Positions 21,102 to 31,031 of a stretch of DNA of 64,000 bases are shown here, piece by piece (positions within the stretch are counted from its first letter, which is position 1; the number at the start of each line of letters is the position of its first letter). Both the position numbers and the translations under genes were made by a program. The notes below the pieces were generated by a model. It saw only the letters and a list, made by a program, of their open reading frames with translations, ran no database searches and was not told where the DNA came from. Source of the stretch: Sphingobacterium sp. (lineage in GTDB: Bacteria; Bacteroidota; Bacteroidia; Sphingobacteriales; Sphingobacteriaceae); the NCBI GenBank assembly GCA_031277685.1, contig JAITLV010000065.1:49417-113416 (forward strand), in the 5' to 3' direction.

Positions 21102-21121
21102 TTGTAGGGTTTTCTCTACAA
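21102..21121. promoter_or_regulatory. 20-bp palindromic operator candidate
   Basis: TTGTAGGGTTTTCTCTACAA upstream of the fimbrillin-like gene. Confidence 0.4.
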
Positions 21122-21311
21122 GAAAAATTACTTAATAAAAATCGTGCTCGTTAAACAAAATGCTATATATATAATTGCAGCATTAAAAATTCACACGGAT
21201 AAAAAAAAACGAAATGAGAAGACGCATAAATATAAATTCTACAAACACAAACCAAAAAACAACAAAAGTTTGAATCAATCAAAAATCACTAAAAAACCAA
21301 GTAAAATCAAA

Positions 21312-22940
21312 ATGTCTACTTACATGAAAATGAAACATTACCGCAACCTTAAAAATGTACTAATGCTGGGATGCATTATATTGGTTGCTTCAAGTCTTTA
21401 CTCTTGTAAAAAGAGTGGCGAAAACACGGTCTTGACAGGGGAAACAATGGTTAAGATCAACCTACAGGGTGTCGAGGCCTACGGAGAGGGTGACAACAAC
21501 GCCGTCGGACAAAAACAAGGATCCACAAAAGCATCGCTCTCTGGCAGCAGTGTTTCTGATGTACAGGAAATGACGGTTCCATTTGGCGATGGTTCTTCCA
21601 TTGATGTCGTATTGACAAACAGTTCAGCAGTTGCAGTTAAGAAGGGACTGGTTGCTTCATCAGGTAGCAAAGCCACAACACCTCAAACGACTGAAAAACC
21701 ACTTGATAAGGATGTTAAATACAAAGTCGTTGTTTATGACGAACTGGGTAATTACGTTACGGAGAAAACCTATAGCTATGGTAGAGAAGCAGCTGCGGAA
21801 GGTATCGCTCTAGATGCCGGAAAAACCTACACTTTTATTGCCTATTCCATCAATAGCAAAAGTACGGTACCTGCTCTAAACAGCCAGAGCACCCTATCGT
21901 CTGCGAGTCTCAATACGATCAGTGGCGATCTAATGTACTTCGCAAGCAAACTGAAATTAAACAGTGGTGTCAACAACTTAAATGTAGTCTTAAAGCACCG
22001 TTTCAGTCAAATCACAACAACCTTGACGATGGATGCTAGTATGACCGGAGCGATCACCAAATTGGAAAATGCATTCTTCAAACCCAGCCACACATCTGCC
22101 AACTTAAAACTTTCGGATGAGACACTTACCTATAACGGGCTGAATGATGCTGGTGTACAAGCCCAATTTCCAGCATTGGGTATTGGCTTGCGTACAATTG
22201 TAAGTAGTCCTTCCCTATTGATCCACCCTGCAACAAATACAGGAACACTTAAATTGGGCAGCTTAACTATCGACGACGAAACCAAGTCCAATGTTATGAT
22301 CCCCAATGTGAAGATCAATCCTGGACAGAAATACGATCTAAAACTCAATTTCAAAACATGTACACAAGATGTGACCAGCAATGGATTAAACTGGAGCTAT
22401 CCAGCCGTAACCTCCGGCGGTAAAACCGGAATCCGAGTTGATGGTAAATTTTATCCAAGCGGTACAACAATATCAAAAAGCTTTACAGCTCCTGCTGCAG
22501 ATTATGGATTTGTATTTGACATCACCGAATTGGATAACGCCTTCAATATGGAAGTAAATGGTGTAAAACTTGCGAAAAATGAAATTCAATTCGAAGTTGG
22601 CGCATCCTCGGCACAAAATATCCAATTTCTTGATGGTAGTAAATATGCTGGAACGAATGTCGAAACGGGCAAAAGAATTGACCAAGTTTATAATATGGCT
22701 GGAACTGCTGCCAAACCATTGGTCAAACTTGTCATCAGCAGAACGGGTAAAGTAACCATGTTCGGCAGTAAAACAAATGGTGGACCACTGTATGAACTTG
22801 TATTAGTCAATGGTAACTCTTTCAATACATTCCCTTGGGGAAGTACACAAAGCAACACCGTTAAAGTTACACAACTCGTTGACGGCCGAACAATCTTGAA
22901 AGGCGTGGGAGCAGGAAAGAAGAAAATAGCTTGTAATTAA
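21312..22940 (+). CDS. Fimbrillin-like (FimB/Mfa-type) lipoprotein
   Basis: Lipobox LYSC; KYKVVVYD..G.YV, YTFIAYS, DLMY, VVLKHRFSQI; start uncertain (21312/21324/21330). Confidence 0.75.
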   Translation: MSTYMKMKHYRNLKNVLMLGCIILVASSLYSCKKSGENTVLTGETMVKINLQGVEAYGEGDNNAVGQKQGSTKASLSGSSVSDVQEMTVPFGDGSSIDVVLTNSSAVAVKKGLVASSGSKATTPQTTEKPLDKDVKYKVVVYDELGNYVTEKTYSYGREAAAEGIALDAGKTYTFIAYSINSKSTVPALNSQSTLSSASLNTISGDLMYFASKLKLNSGVNNLNVVLKHRFSQITTTLTMDASMTGAITKLENAFFKPSHTSANLKLSDETLTYNGLNDAGVQAQFPALGIGLRTIVSSPSLLIHPATNTGTLKLGSLTIDDETKSNVMIPNVKINPGQKYDLKLNFKTCTQDVTSNGLNWSYPAVTSGGKTGIRVDGKFYPSGTTISKSFTAPAADYGFVFDITELDNAFNMEVNGVKLAKNEIQFEVGASSAQNIQFLDGSKYAGTNVETGKRIDQVYNMAGTAAKPLVKLVISRTGKVTMFGSKTNGGPLYELVLVNGNSFNTFPWGSTQSNTVKVTQLVDGRTILKGVGAGKKKIACN

Positions 22941-22991
22941 GAATAAAAAAGCATTAGCAAATATCAACTTACAATAAAAATATAAAAGACT

Positions 22992-23159
22992 ATGAAAAAG
23001 AAAATAGCGTATATCGCACCGGAAGTTAAGGTGCAATTCATCGAACTTGAGCAGGGCATCGCAGCCGGATCAGCCTATGCAAGACCCGAAGATTCCAATG
23101 GCAAAGTTGGTGAGGAATGGGGTCTTGGAGACAACGACAACCGTACAATTGACTGGTAA
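22992..23159 (+). CDS. 55-aa fimbrillin-associated small peptide (not in ORF track)
   Basis: MKKKIAYIAPEVKVQFIELEQGIAAGSAYARPEDSNGKVGEEWGLGDNDNRTIDW; A-rich start context, terminator follows. Confidence 0.8.
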   Translation: MKKKIAYIAPEVKVQFIELEQGIAAGSAYARPEDSNGKVGEEWGLGDNDNRTIDW

Positions 23160-23184
23160 TAAACAGCCAAACACGCTGATGTAA

Positions 23185-23227
23185 AAAGCCTTATTAAGCA
23201 CAGAAAAGCAGTGCTTAATAAGGCTTT
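23185..23227. terminator. Bidirectional terminator
   Basis: AAAGCCTTATTAAGCAC...GTGCTTAATAAGGCTTT. Confidence 0.75.
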
Positions 23228-23248
23228 ATCAATTATTATATAATAATT

Positions 23249-24418
23249 TTAGGATAGGATCTTCTGTAAACGCTTTGGAAACTCTTCAATTTTGGAGATA
23301 CTCAACTGCTTCATTACCTGAAATAGGTGTGCTTTAAACATATTGATCGTATGTGCTCCACCAGCATTCCCCAAGGCTCCAACCCCATACATGAAAGGAC
23401 GTCCCATAAAATTAAATTCGGATCCAACAGCGTGGGCACGTGCCAAATCTACGCCAGAGCGGATACCACCATCTAGCATAATCTTAATTTTGTTTTTATA
23501 CTCGGGGTTACTCGCCAAATGAATCAGCGAATTGATTGAGGATTCACTTGCGTCAAGCTGCCTTCCACCATGGTTGGAAACAATAACACCATCTACTCCC
23601 AAAGAGATCGCAGCCTGCATGTCTTCATCGGTCGCTATGCCCTTCAATACCAAAGGTCCTTTCCATAATTCCCGGATGGCCTTGATCTTTTCTACGTCCA
23701 CTTTACCAGTGAAGGTTCTGTTCATAAACTGCCCCAATTGTGCTAGGTCTAATCCCTTTTCCATATAAGGCTTTAAGGTCGCAAAAGAAGGGATACCATG
23801 TCGAAGTGTTTCGATCCCCCATGTAGGACAGGCAAATGTCTGTAGGATGTTGGCAATATTCATTTTTGGTGGCATGGACAGACCACTTTTAATCTCTCGA
23901 TACCGAAGGCCAAAGGCTGGAACATCCACCAAAACAACAAGTACCGGACACTCAACCTCTTTCAAACGTCGGAGGATATCATCACGCAACTTGTTTTCAG
24001 TTGGATGATACAATTGAAACCAGGCCTTTCCTTGCGATACTTCAGCAATTCGCTCGATACTGCTTGTTGATACTGTGCTAAGGATATAGGGTATATCATT
24101 TTCAGCAGCTGCTTTTGCCAGGATTTCCGGCGCATTAGGCCACATCAATCCTTGTAAACCAATCGGCGAAACCCCGAATGGCGCGCTGTACCGACGTCCA
24201 AAGAGCTCTACAGACATATCAATTTCACCACTTGCCTGAAGATATTGTGGCTTTAATAGAATATGATCAAAATCGTTTTCATTCCGAGCAAGATTCAGCT
24301 CTTCGTTAGCACCTCCTATTAAATAGTCAAACGCAAATTTTGGAATTCTCTTTTTTGCCTGTCTTCTTAAATCTTCGACAGCAGGAAATCGTGTATTGTA
24401 TGTAAACTTTTGGCTCAT
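23249..24418 (-). CDS. FMN-dependent alpha-hydroxy acid dehydrogenase (L-lactate dehydrogenase-like)
   Basis: AWFQLY, LVLKGI, VSNHGGRQLD, DGGIRSG. Confidence 0.92.
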   Translation of the reverse strand: MSQKFTYNTRFPAVEDLRRQAKKRIPKFAFDYLIGGANEELNLARNENDFDHILLKPQYLQASGEIDMSVELFGRRYSAPFGVSPIGLQGLMWPNAPEILAKAAAENDIPYILSTVSTSSIERIAEVSQGKAWFQLYHPTENKLRDDILRRLKEVECPVLVVLVDVPAFGLRYREIKSGLSMPPKMNIANILQTFACPTWGIETLRHGIPSFATLKPYMEKGLDLAQLGQFMNRTFTGKVDVEKIKAIRELWKGPLVLKGIATDEDMQAAISLGVDGVIVSNHGGRQLDASESSINSLIHLASNPEYKNKIKIMLDGGIRSGVDLARAHAVGSEFNFMGRPFMYGVGALGNAGGAHTINMFKAHLFQVMKQLSISKIEEFPKRLQKILS

Positions 24419-24507
24419 GATTGATGTATTTAGTATTGGCAGTGATTTATCTGCGCGCCAAATATACTATATAATTTGAAATTAATTCGTTATTTATCCA
24501 GAATATG

Positions 24508-25278
24508 CTAGCAATTTCGACGGTACCCGAGTTCCGCCCCGCCACTAACGGGCAGGTTCACACCTGTCATGAACCGCGCACTTTCCGATAATAAAAAAGT
24601 GCAGACATCCGCGATCACATCTCCTTCTGGACAATAGCCCAAAGGGTGAATATCTTTTAAAAAATCAAACACTTGTTGTGGTTGTGCTTGCTCTAAAGCC
24701 CATTGTTGAAGCATGGGTGTCATCACTGCGGCTGGCATGACCGAATTCACCCTGATCCCCAATGCCGCGTAGTCTATCGCCATAGATTTGGTCAATGCAT
24801 TGACCGCCCCTTTTGTTGCGGCATAAGCGGCATGATTTTCCTGGCCAATCTCTCCCACAAGGCTGCTGGTATTTAATATACACCCTTTTGTGGCCTTTAG
24901 ATGGGGAAAGCCATATTTTGTTGTCAGCAAAATACTTTTTACATTGACATCAAATAAGCGGCCCCATTCTTCCTCGGTCGTCTCATGCAAAGGTTTCGAT
25001 GGACTAGCCAGGCCAGCGTTATTATGAATGGCATCCAATCGACCAAAGGTCGCTATTGTTTGGTCTACCGCTGCCTCTATATCCCCTTCCAAAGACACAT
25101 CTCCACAGATACCCAAATGTGGTGTCCCTAGCAGTGCACCTGTCGCAAGGACAGACTCCTGGTCAAGACCAATAAAAGCGACCAAGGCACCTGCTTTTAC
25201 GTATGCTTGTGCACAGGCCTGACCAATTCCAGCGGTACCACCACTGATCAATATTACTTTATCCTTTAAGGTGTTCAC
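24508..25278 (-). CDS. SDR oxidoreductase, probable L-fucose dehydrogenase
   Basis: SGGTAGIG, NNAG, YAATK; C-terminal SGGAELGY as in HSD17B14-like enzymes; fucose gene context. Confidence 0.75.
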   Translation of the reverse strand: MNTLKDKVILISGGTAGIGQACAQAYVKAGALVAFIGLDQESVLATGALLGTPHLGICGDVSLEGDIEAAVDQTIATFGRLDAIHNNAGLASPSKPLHETTEEEWGRLFDVNVKSILLTTKYGFPHLKATKGCILNTSSLVGEIGQENHAAYAATKGAVNALTKSMAIDYAALGIRVNSVMPAAVMTPMLQQWALEQAQPQQVFDFLKDIHPLGYCPEGDVIADVCTFLLSESARFMTGVNLPVSGGAELGYRRNC

Positions 25279-25339
25279 AATAAATCTATAAAAGGTTGTT
25301 CAATTAATTTTTACCAGCTAAATTACAACAAGTACCGAC

Positions 25340-26980
25340 CTACTTGAAAATTATATATAATATTGTGACAATAGCGAGCAGCAGCCCAGCTAAGACGCGA
25401 TAATTTCCTATCCCCCGCCAGGCCAGCCCACGAAGGGGGTCTAAGGGGTTCTTCCAGTAGAGCCGTTCACTCTCCGCATTGTGCCTTACGGGGTACATAT
25501 GCGATAAGATAATCTGAATGACGACACACAAGAGGAATAGGTAGAAGGCCATGACCATAAAGGCAGTCTGCCCAATCCAGGAATGTGGCAACAGCTTATT
25601 TACTATAAAAACCACCATTCCCAAAAAAGACCCAATCCATAAGGTCAATTTCGCCGATTCCGCGGAGGCTTTCCGCCAAAATATGCCCAGCAGAAAAACG
25701 CAGGTTATCGGAGGTGCGATATGAGCGATCACATCATTGATTCCATTAAAAATACTTTCGTATTTATCCAGTAATGGCAATAAGGCTAGAGAGAAAACCA
25801 TGGCAATGACAGCTGCTATTTTCCCGATACGGATAAGCTGCTTATCTGTGGTATTCGGTTTTCTTTGCTTAAAGATATCGTAACTGACCATCGTGGAGAT
25901 CGAATTCAGTGCACCGGAAATCTGGCTCATTAATCCAGATAGCAAAGCGGCAACCAAGACACCGATCAGCCCAGAAGGCAACAACTGTGTGATCATCAAG
26001 GTATATATCCCTTTGGAATTTACTTTGCCAGCAGCATCCAAGCCCAAGCTATGCAAATCGAGTTGTCCACTCTTGTACAAGCTATAAGCAAATAATCCTG
26101 GCAAGACAAAAATAAACACCGGTAAAATTTTGAGAAAACCACAGAAGAGCGCACCGACCCGACCATGATTCTCATCCTTGGCCCCGAGTACACGTTGGAC
26201 AATTGTCTGATCGGCACACCAATACCAGATTCCCAAAATAGGATATCCAAAGAATACCGCATACCAAGGCATACCACTGGCATCATCAGCCCCGCGCAGC
26301 ATGGATAATCGGTCGAGCCCACCTTCGGCAATCAGCACATTTTTCATTGGCATCCATCCGCCCATACGGTCAAAAGCAGCAAAACTAATGATAAACGCAC
26401 CGGCCAATAAGACAATAGTCTGAATAGATTCCGTGATAACTACCGCACGCAATCCGCCAAGAATCGTATATAGTCCAGTGATAATACATATAACGGTAAT
26501 ACTCAAATACATGTTAAAGCCAAATAATGTTTTCAAGACAATACCACCAGCCAGCATAGAAAAGGCGATATGGATCACGATTGCAGATACAATGGATATA
26601 AAAGTCAGCCAATCCCTACTGGATCGGTCGTACCGTCTTTCCAGAAAGTCCGGCAGGGTTGCGACCCCCGATTTCAGGTAAAATGGCACAAAAAACAGCG
26701 CAAGCAGCACCAATGTAAATGCCGCCATCCACTCAAAGTTACCATTCAGCAAGCCCGTATCGAATCCACTTTGTGCCAAACTGACCAGATGCACCGTCGA
26801 TATATTCGTTGCAAATAACGCTAGTCCAATCGCTGGCCATCGTAAGGATTTACCAGCGAGAAAATAGCCTTCGGCCGTAGCTCTGTTTCCGCGACCACGG
26901 CCAAGTCCGGCGCGCATGCCCACGATCAGAATAAGGGCTATATAGCCAATGGCAATAGCTAAATCTATATTTCCTAACAT
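25340..26980 (-). CDS. Sodium:solute symporter (probable fucose uptake)
   Basis: YFLAG, FATNIS, WYWCADQTIVQRVL SLC5 motifs. Confidence 0.92.
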   Translation of the reverse strand: MLGNIDLAIAIGYIALILIVGMRAGLGRGRGNRATAEGYFLAGKSLRWPAIGLALFATNISTVHLVSLAQSGFDTGLLNGNFEWMAAFTLVLLALFFVPFYLKSGVATLPDFLERRYDRSSRDWLTFISIVSAIVIHIAFSMLAGGIVLKTLFGFNMYLSITVICIITGLYTILGGLRAVVITESIQTIVLLAGAFIISFAAFDRMGGWMPMKNVLIAEGGLDRLSMLRGADDASGMPWYAVFFGYPILGIWYWCADQTIVQRVLGAKDENHGRVGALFCGFLKILPVFIFVLPGLFAYSLYKSGQLDLHSLGLDAAGKVNSKGIYTLMITQLLPSGLIGVLVAALLSGLMSQISGALNSISTMVSYDIFKQRKPNTTDKQLIRIGKIAAVIAMVFSLALLPLLDKYESIFNGINDVIAHIAPPITCVFLLGIFWRKASAESAKLTLWIGSFLGMVVFIVNKLLPHSWIGQTAFMVMAFYLFLLCVVIQIILSHMYPVRHNAESERLYWKNPLDPLRGLAWRGIGNYRVLAGLLLAIVTILYIIFK

Positions 26981-27007
26981 AAAACTATCTTTAACGTAAA
27001 ACTATTT

Positions 27008-28228
27008 TTAACGTAAATCACAACTGCTTCCGGCTTCCATCGGCGTTCGGTAAACACCATTTTCAATCAGCACAGGGTGAACAAAATGAGATTTGAGATG
27101 CGGAATATGTTCAAGAAATAAGGCTTCATGACCAAGGCTAATATGATTAAACAGAACCAGATGCTGATGCAATTGCCCCATATCGCCGACATGCGGCACT
27201 ACCGGGATATCATATTTGCGGCACAGCAGACTAATGGCAATAAATTCGCTCACCCCGCCGACACGGACGGCATCCACCTGAGCAAAACCAGCAGCCCCAA
27301 GCTGCAGGTAATTTTTAAATACGATTCGGTTGGGAACATGTTCACCCATCGCGACCTTAATCGGCGCGATGGTATCAGCCAATACCTTATGTCCGACAAT
27401 ATCATCTGGATGGGTGGGTTCTTCAACCCAAAATGGGTTCATCGATTTTAATTCCTGGCAAATTGTCAAAGCTTGAGGCAAGGTCCACTGTTGGTTAGCA
27501 TCCAGCATCACGGTAGCTTGATCACCTGCAGCCTCCCGTACGATATGTGCCCGTCTGATATCACGAAGAGGGTCTTCACTACCGACTTTCAGCTTCATGG
27601 CTGTAAAACCATTTGCGATGGCACGCTTACAATTCTCCCGCACTTGTTCATCCGAATAGTTAAACCAGCCAACAGAAGTATCGTAACCCGTGTATCCCTT
27701 TTCGATAATGCCCATTCGTTCCCCCCGGCCTAATCTATTTGTGCTTAACAGCGTTATCGCCTTTTCCCGTGTGAGTTCATCTTCCAAATAGGAAAGATCT
27801 AGGGTGTTCACAATTTCCTCCGGGGACAGCTCAATCAGTAATTTCCAAAGTGGTACCCCCCTGGTTTTAGCCCATAGGTCAAAACAGGCATTTGTCACTG
27901 AAGCGAGAGCCAAATGCACAATACCTTTATGCGGCCCAAGCCAACGGAATTGCTGCTCATTGCTCAAGGTATTGAAAACCACTCCAAAGTTTGCCATCAG
28001 CTCTTCAATAGGCATTCCTTTGATTCGTTCGGCATAAAATGCTGCAGCTTGACAGACCAACTCATTTCCGGCACCTATCGTAAAGGCCAGGCCTGTACCT
28101 ACACGTCTATTGTCATCTAATAAACGAGTAACGGCATAAGAATATACAGGATCTTTGTGTATCGCATCACTGCCTGCTCCTGTATGTAAGGGAAAGCGGC
28201 GATCCTGGATATCATACGTTTTAATCAT
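27008..28228 (-). CDS. L-fuconate dehydratase (enolase superfamily)
   Basis: GSDAIH..P.YS, RWLGPHKG, KLKVG, DANQ, EEPT, GE, PHVG. Confidence 0.88.
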   Translation of the reverse strand: MIKTYDIQDRRFPLHTGAGSDAIHKDPVYSYAVTRLLDDNRRVGTGLAFTIGAGNELVCQAAAFYAERIKGMPIEELMANFGVVFNTLSNEQQFRWLGPHKGIVHLALASVTNACFDLWAKTRGVPLWKLLIELSPEEIVNTLDLSYLEDELTREKAITLLSTNRLGRGERMGIIEKGYTGYDTSVGWFNYSDEQVRENCKRAIANGFTAMKLKVGSEDPLRDIRRAHIVREAAGDQATVMLDANQQWTLPQALTICQELKSMNPFWVEEPTHPDDIVGHKVLADTIAPIKVAMGEHVPNRIVFKNYLQLGAAGFAQVDAVRVGGVSEFIAISLLCRKYDIPVVPHVGDMGQLHQHLVLFNHISLGHEALFLEHIPHLKSHFVHPVLIENGVYRTPMEAGSSCDLR

Positions 28229-28272
28229 ACTAATATTTGGTTTAATAATCTATGAATGAACACACTGTTATC

Positions 28273-29322
28273 TTATAGCTTTAATTTTTCCTTCAACTGC
28301 ATCAGCAGCCCCACATCTGTATCCTTGATACGACCAGCTCTATTCGGGCCAACATTCAAGATCAGAATATTGTCCTGTGCTGTTGCTGTTCGGTAGATCT
28401 CTTCTAGTTCCGCTAGTGTTTTATATTTTTTGTCAGTCGTATTGTAAAACCAACGCTCCCCGAGTACCACAGTGGTCTCGAAAGGCATGTAATATGTATT
28501 TCCTTGCGCGGTAAAAAGTTTGGGATCTGGCACGACAGGCAAATACGGATCTCCTAGACGGAAATCGCTCGGGAAATAACGTATCGGAAATAAATCCTGT
28601 TGCTCTTTGGGGAGTACAGTATGCTTATCAGCGTTTTCGGGACTACCAATACTCCAGTTGATACCGATCTGACATTGCGGAGCCTTACTTTTGACCAGCG
28701 TATAGATTTCTTGTGCCGGCCACCTGTAATTCTCCTTTTCCCAGCCACCATCTAACCAGAGTTCAACAATATCCGTATACTTCTTGGTCATATCGAGCAA
28801 TTCGTTCAATTGGTTCAACATATAGGTATTATAGGCTTGATCAGCCTTTCTGTCTTTGACATCAGCATTCTGTTTGCGGTCCCATAGCGAATAATAAAGT
28901 CCCAAGCGTATTCCCTGTGCCCGACATTCCTTGGCCAAGGCTTCCACCACATTGGTCTTATTCGATGAACTAGCTACATCGTAAGTCGTATATTTACTAT
29001 CCCATAAACAGAAGCCATCGTGATGCTTAGATACCAGTATGATATATTTCATTCCCGCCGCTTTAGCTGTAGCGACCCATTGTTTAGCATCGATCGTTGT
29101 CGGTGCATACGAACTCGTTGGTTTTGACCCATCTGTCCATTCTTGATCATGGAATGTATTTATACCAAAATGTATAAACATGCCATACTTCCTGTCGATC
29201 TGCTCCTGCTGAAACCTATTGGGTTTATCGGCAGCTGTTGGCACGATCGCTTTCGTCTGAGCGAAGACTTTAGATGTCAATAAGCATAGGGTTAAATTAA
29301 AAAAAACTCGCTTTTTCATCAT
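28273..29322 (-). CDS. GH29 alpha-L-fucosidase
   Basis: GMFIHFG, KHHDGFCLW, LWLDG, LNVGPN; signal peptide. Confidence 0.9.
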   Translation of the reverse strand: MMKKRVFFNLTLCLLTSKVFAQTKAIVPTAADKPNRFQQEQIDRKYGMFIHFGINTFHDQEWTDGSKPTSSYAPTTIDAKQWVATAKAAGMKYIILVSKHHDGFCLWDSKYTTYDVASSSNKTNVVEALAKECRAQGIRLGLYYSLWDRKQNADVKDRKADQAYNTYMLNQLNELLDMTKKYTDIVELWLDGGWEKENYRWPAQEIYTLVKSKAPQCQIGINWSIGSPENADKHTVLPKEQQDLFPIRYFPSDFRLGDPYLPVVPDPKLFTAQGNTYYMPFETTVVLGERWFYNTTDKKYKTLAELEEIYRTATAQDNILILNVGPNRAGRIKDTDVGLLMQLKEKLKL

Positions 29323-29357
29323 TAATTTATTTTAGGTTCTTATTTCGATATTTTGCA

Positions 29358-29798
29358 CTAGTCGGTATGAAAAACTTCTGTCATATCGGACCAGATAGCA
29401 CTTTTTTCTTTTGCCTCCGGAAGGGGGTTTTGACAAGGATCAGTTTCTTTCCACCAGCGCTGTGTCTCGGGATCGGCAGCCATTCGTTGCATATCCGATG
29501 AAAAATCTGTTCCTGTATACTCAAAATAACTGAAGAGATAATACTCGCCGGCTATCTCTTTCAGAAAAATAGAGTAATTCTGAATATGACAGTCCTTGAT
29601 TTTTTGCAACACTGCTGGCCATGCTTCCGCATGCAGCTTTTTATAGTAGGATAGCTTTTCAGCTTTTAAACCAGTAATTGAAGCATAGCGCTTTACTGCA
29701 ACATGCTTTTTTTCTTGTGTACAACCAAAAGCGAGTAAGGCTATTAAACCAACCAGTACGAAGCGCTTAAAGGGAAATCGTTTTTTCAATATCATCAT
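29358..29798 (-). CDS. L-rhamnose/L-fucose mutarotase (RhaM family) with lipoprotein signal
   Basis: YKKLH...WP, NYSIF, LFSYFEY, TQRWW, EVFH; N-terminal LAFGC. Confidence 0.88.
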   Translation of the reverse strand: MMILKKRFPFKRFVLVGLIALLAFGCTQEKKHVAVKRYASITGLKAEKLSYYKKLHAEAWPAVLQKIKDCHIQNYSIFLKEIAGEYYLFSYFEYTGTDFSSDMQRMAADPETQRWWKETDPCQNPLPEAKEKSAIWSDMTEVFHTD

Positions 29799-29980
29799 AT
29801 TTAGGTATTCTTGTTGTCAATACTCCGCTAGACATAGTGCTAAACTACAACAGGCAAAACAAAAAAACTTCACTTAGATTGCTCAATATTGACACTATAT
29901 TAACGACATCCAAACTATAATTTCATTTTTAAGATAAAATAGGCTATATTTAGCTTCTGTTAAACAGCAATAACCAAAAC

Positions 29981-30847
29981 ATGAAACCTGTCTTCACAAA
30001 AATATTAGAGGGAGCAGAGATCGCGACATTTGCGACAAAAGAAGTTCGTCAGCCATCTTTTTCCACGGAGTTCCATTTCCACGGCGCCTGTCAGATGACC
30101 TACATTGTGCAGAGTGAAGGCAAGCGTATTATCGGTGATAGCATAGACAGTTATTCCAGTGATGAGCTCACTTTTGTGGGGCCAGACCTACCCCATGTAT
30201 GGCATAATGACACATCCGAACTGGATCCCGCGCAGGAATCGCGCTCAATGGCCCTCTACATCGAACCGAGATTAATGATCGAGGTGTTAGCTCATTTTTT
30301 TAACACACATAAAATAGCCGCTTTTTTGAATACTTCCAAACGGGGGCTTATTTTCCATGGTGAGACCAAACAGCGTCTCAAGCAAAAATTGGAACAGATG
30401 ATTCCGCTCGACTATGGTTTCCAAAAAACAATTCTACTTCTTGAAATCATCGAATTATTAAGTGCAACCAACGAATATGAATACCTTTCCAGTCCAGGCT
30501 ATACCCACAATTACAGTTCGACGGATAACGATAAAATAGACCGCATCTTTAAGTTCGTGTTCAACAATTTCACCAAAGAGATTCCGCTGGATCAGGTCGC
30601 AGGCCTGGCGAACATGTCCAAACATTCCTTCTGCCGCTATTTTAAGTCCCGGACACAAAAAACCTTTGTACAATTTGTCAATGAGGTACGGGTCAGTGAG
30701 TCCTGCCGATTAATTGCAGAAAACAAACTCCAGATCACCAACATTGCCTTTGCCTGTGGCTTCAATAGCCTTTCTAATTTCAATAAGATATTTAAAAGTA
30801 TAAAGGGTGTTACACCTAGTAAGTATAGAACACAACTACAGTCATAG
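29981..30847 (+). CDS. AraC family regulator, divergent from the fucose operon
   Basis: Cupin FHFH...LPHVW; IAFACGFNSLSNFNK. Confidence 0.92.
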   Translation: MKPVFTKILEGAEIATFATKEVRQPSFSTEFHFHGACQMTYIVQSEGKRIIGDSIDSYSSDELTFVGPDLPHVWHNDTSELDPAQESRSMALYIEPRLMIEVLAHFFNTHKIAAFLNTSKRGLIFHGETKQRLKQKLEQMIPLDYGFQKTILLLEIIELLSATNEYEYLSSPGYTHNYSSTDNDKIDRIFKFVFNNFTKEIPLDQVAGLANMSKHSFCRYFKSRTQKTFVQFVNEVRVSESCRLIAENKLQITNIAFACGFNSLSNFNKIFKSIKGVTPSKYRTQLQS

Positions 30848-30855
30848 AAAAAAAC

Positions 30856-30966
30856 TTACAGAATAAAGATTCCAAGGCAATCGGTGTTTGAAGCCGTTTT
30901 GTTGTTTGATGTGGCTTTCGCTTTGTTTACCGTGGTTTTACTTTTGTTTGCAGTTACTGTTGCCAT
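30856..30966 (-). CDS. 36-aa small peptide
   Basis: MATVTANKSKTTVNKAKATSNNKTASNTDCLGIFIL; TATAAAAATTATG start context; AAC-N18-GTT site 42 nt upstream. Confidence 0.6.
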   Translation of the reverse strand: MATVTANKSKTTVNKAKATSNNKTASNTDCLGIFIL

Positions 30967-31007
30967 AATTTTTATACGTTTATGCTCAAAGAGCGGTTCG
31001 TTAAATA

Positions 31008-31031
31008 AACAGGGGCTAAAGTTTATTCGTT
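31008..31031 (-). promoter_or_regulatory. AAC-N18-GTT element (site 1)
   Basis: Minus strand gAACgaataaactttagcccctGTTt. Confidence 0.65.
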
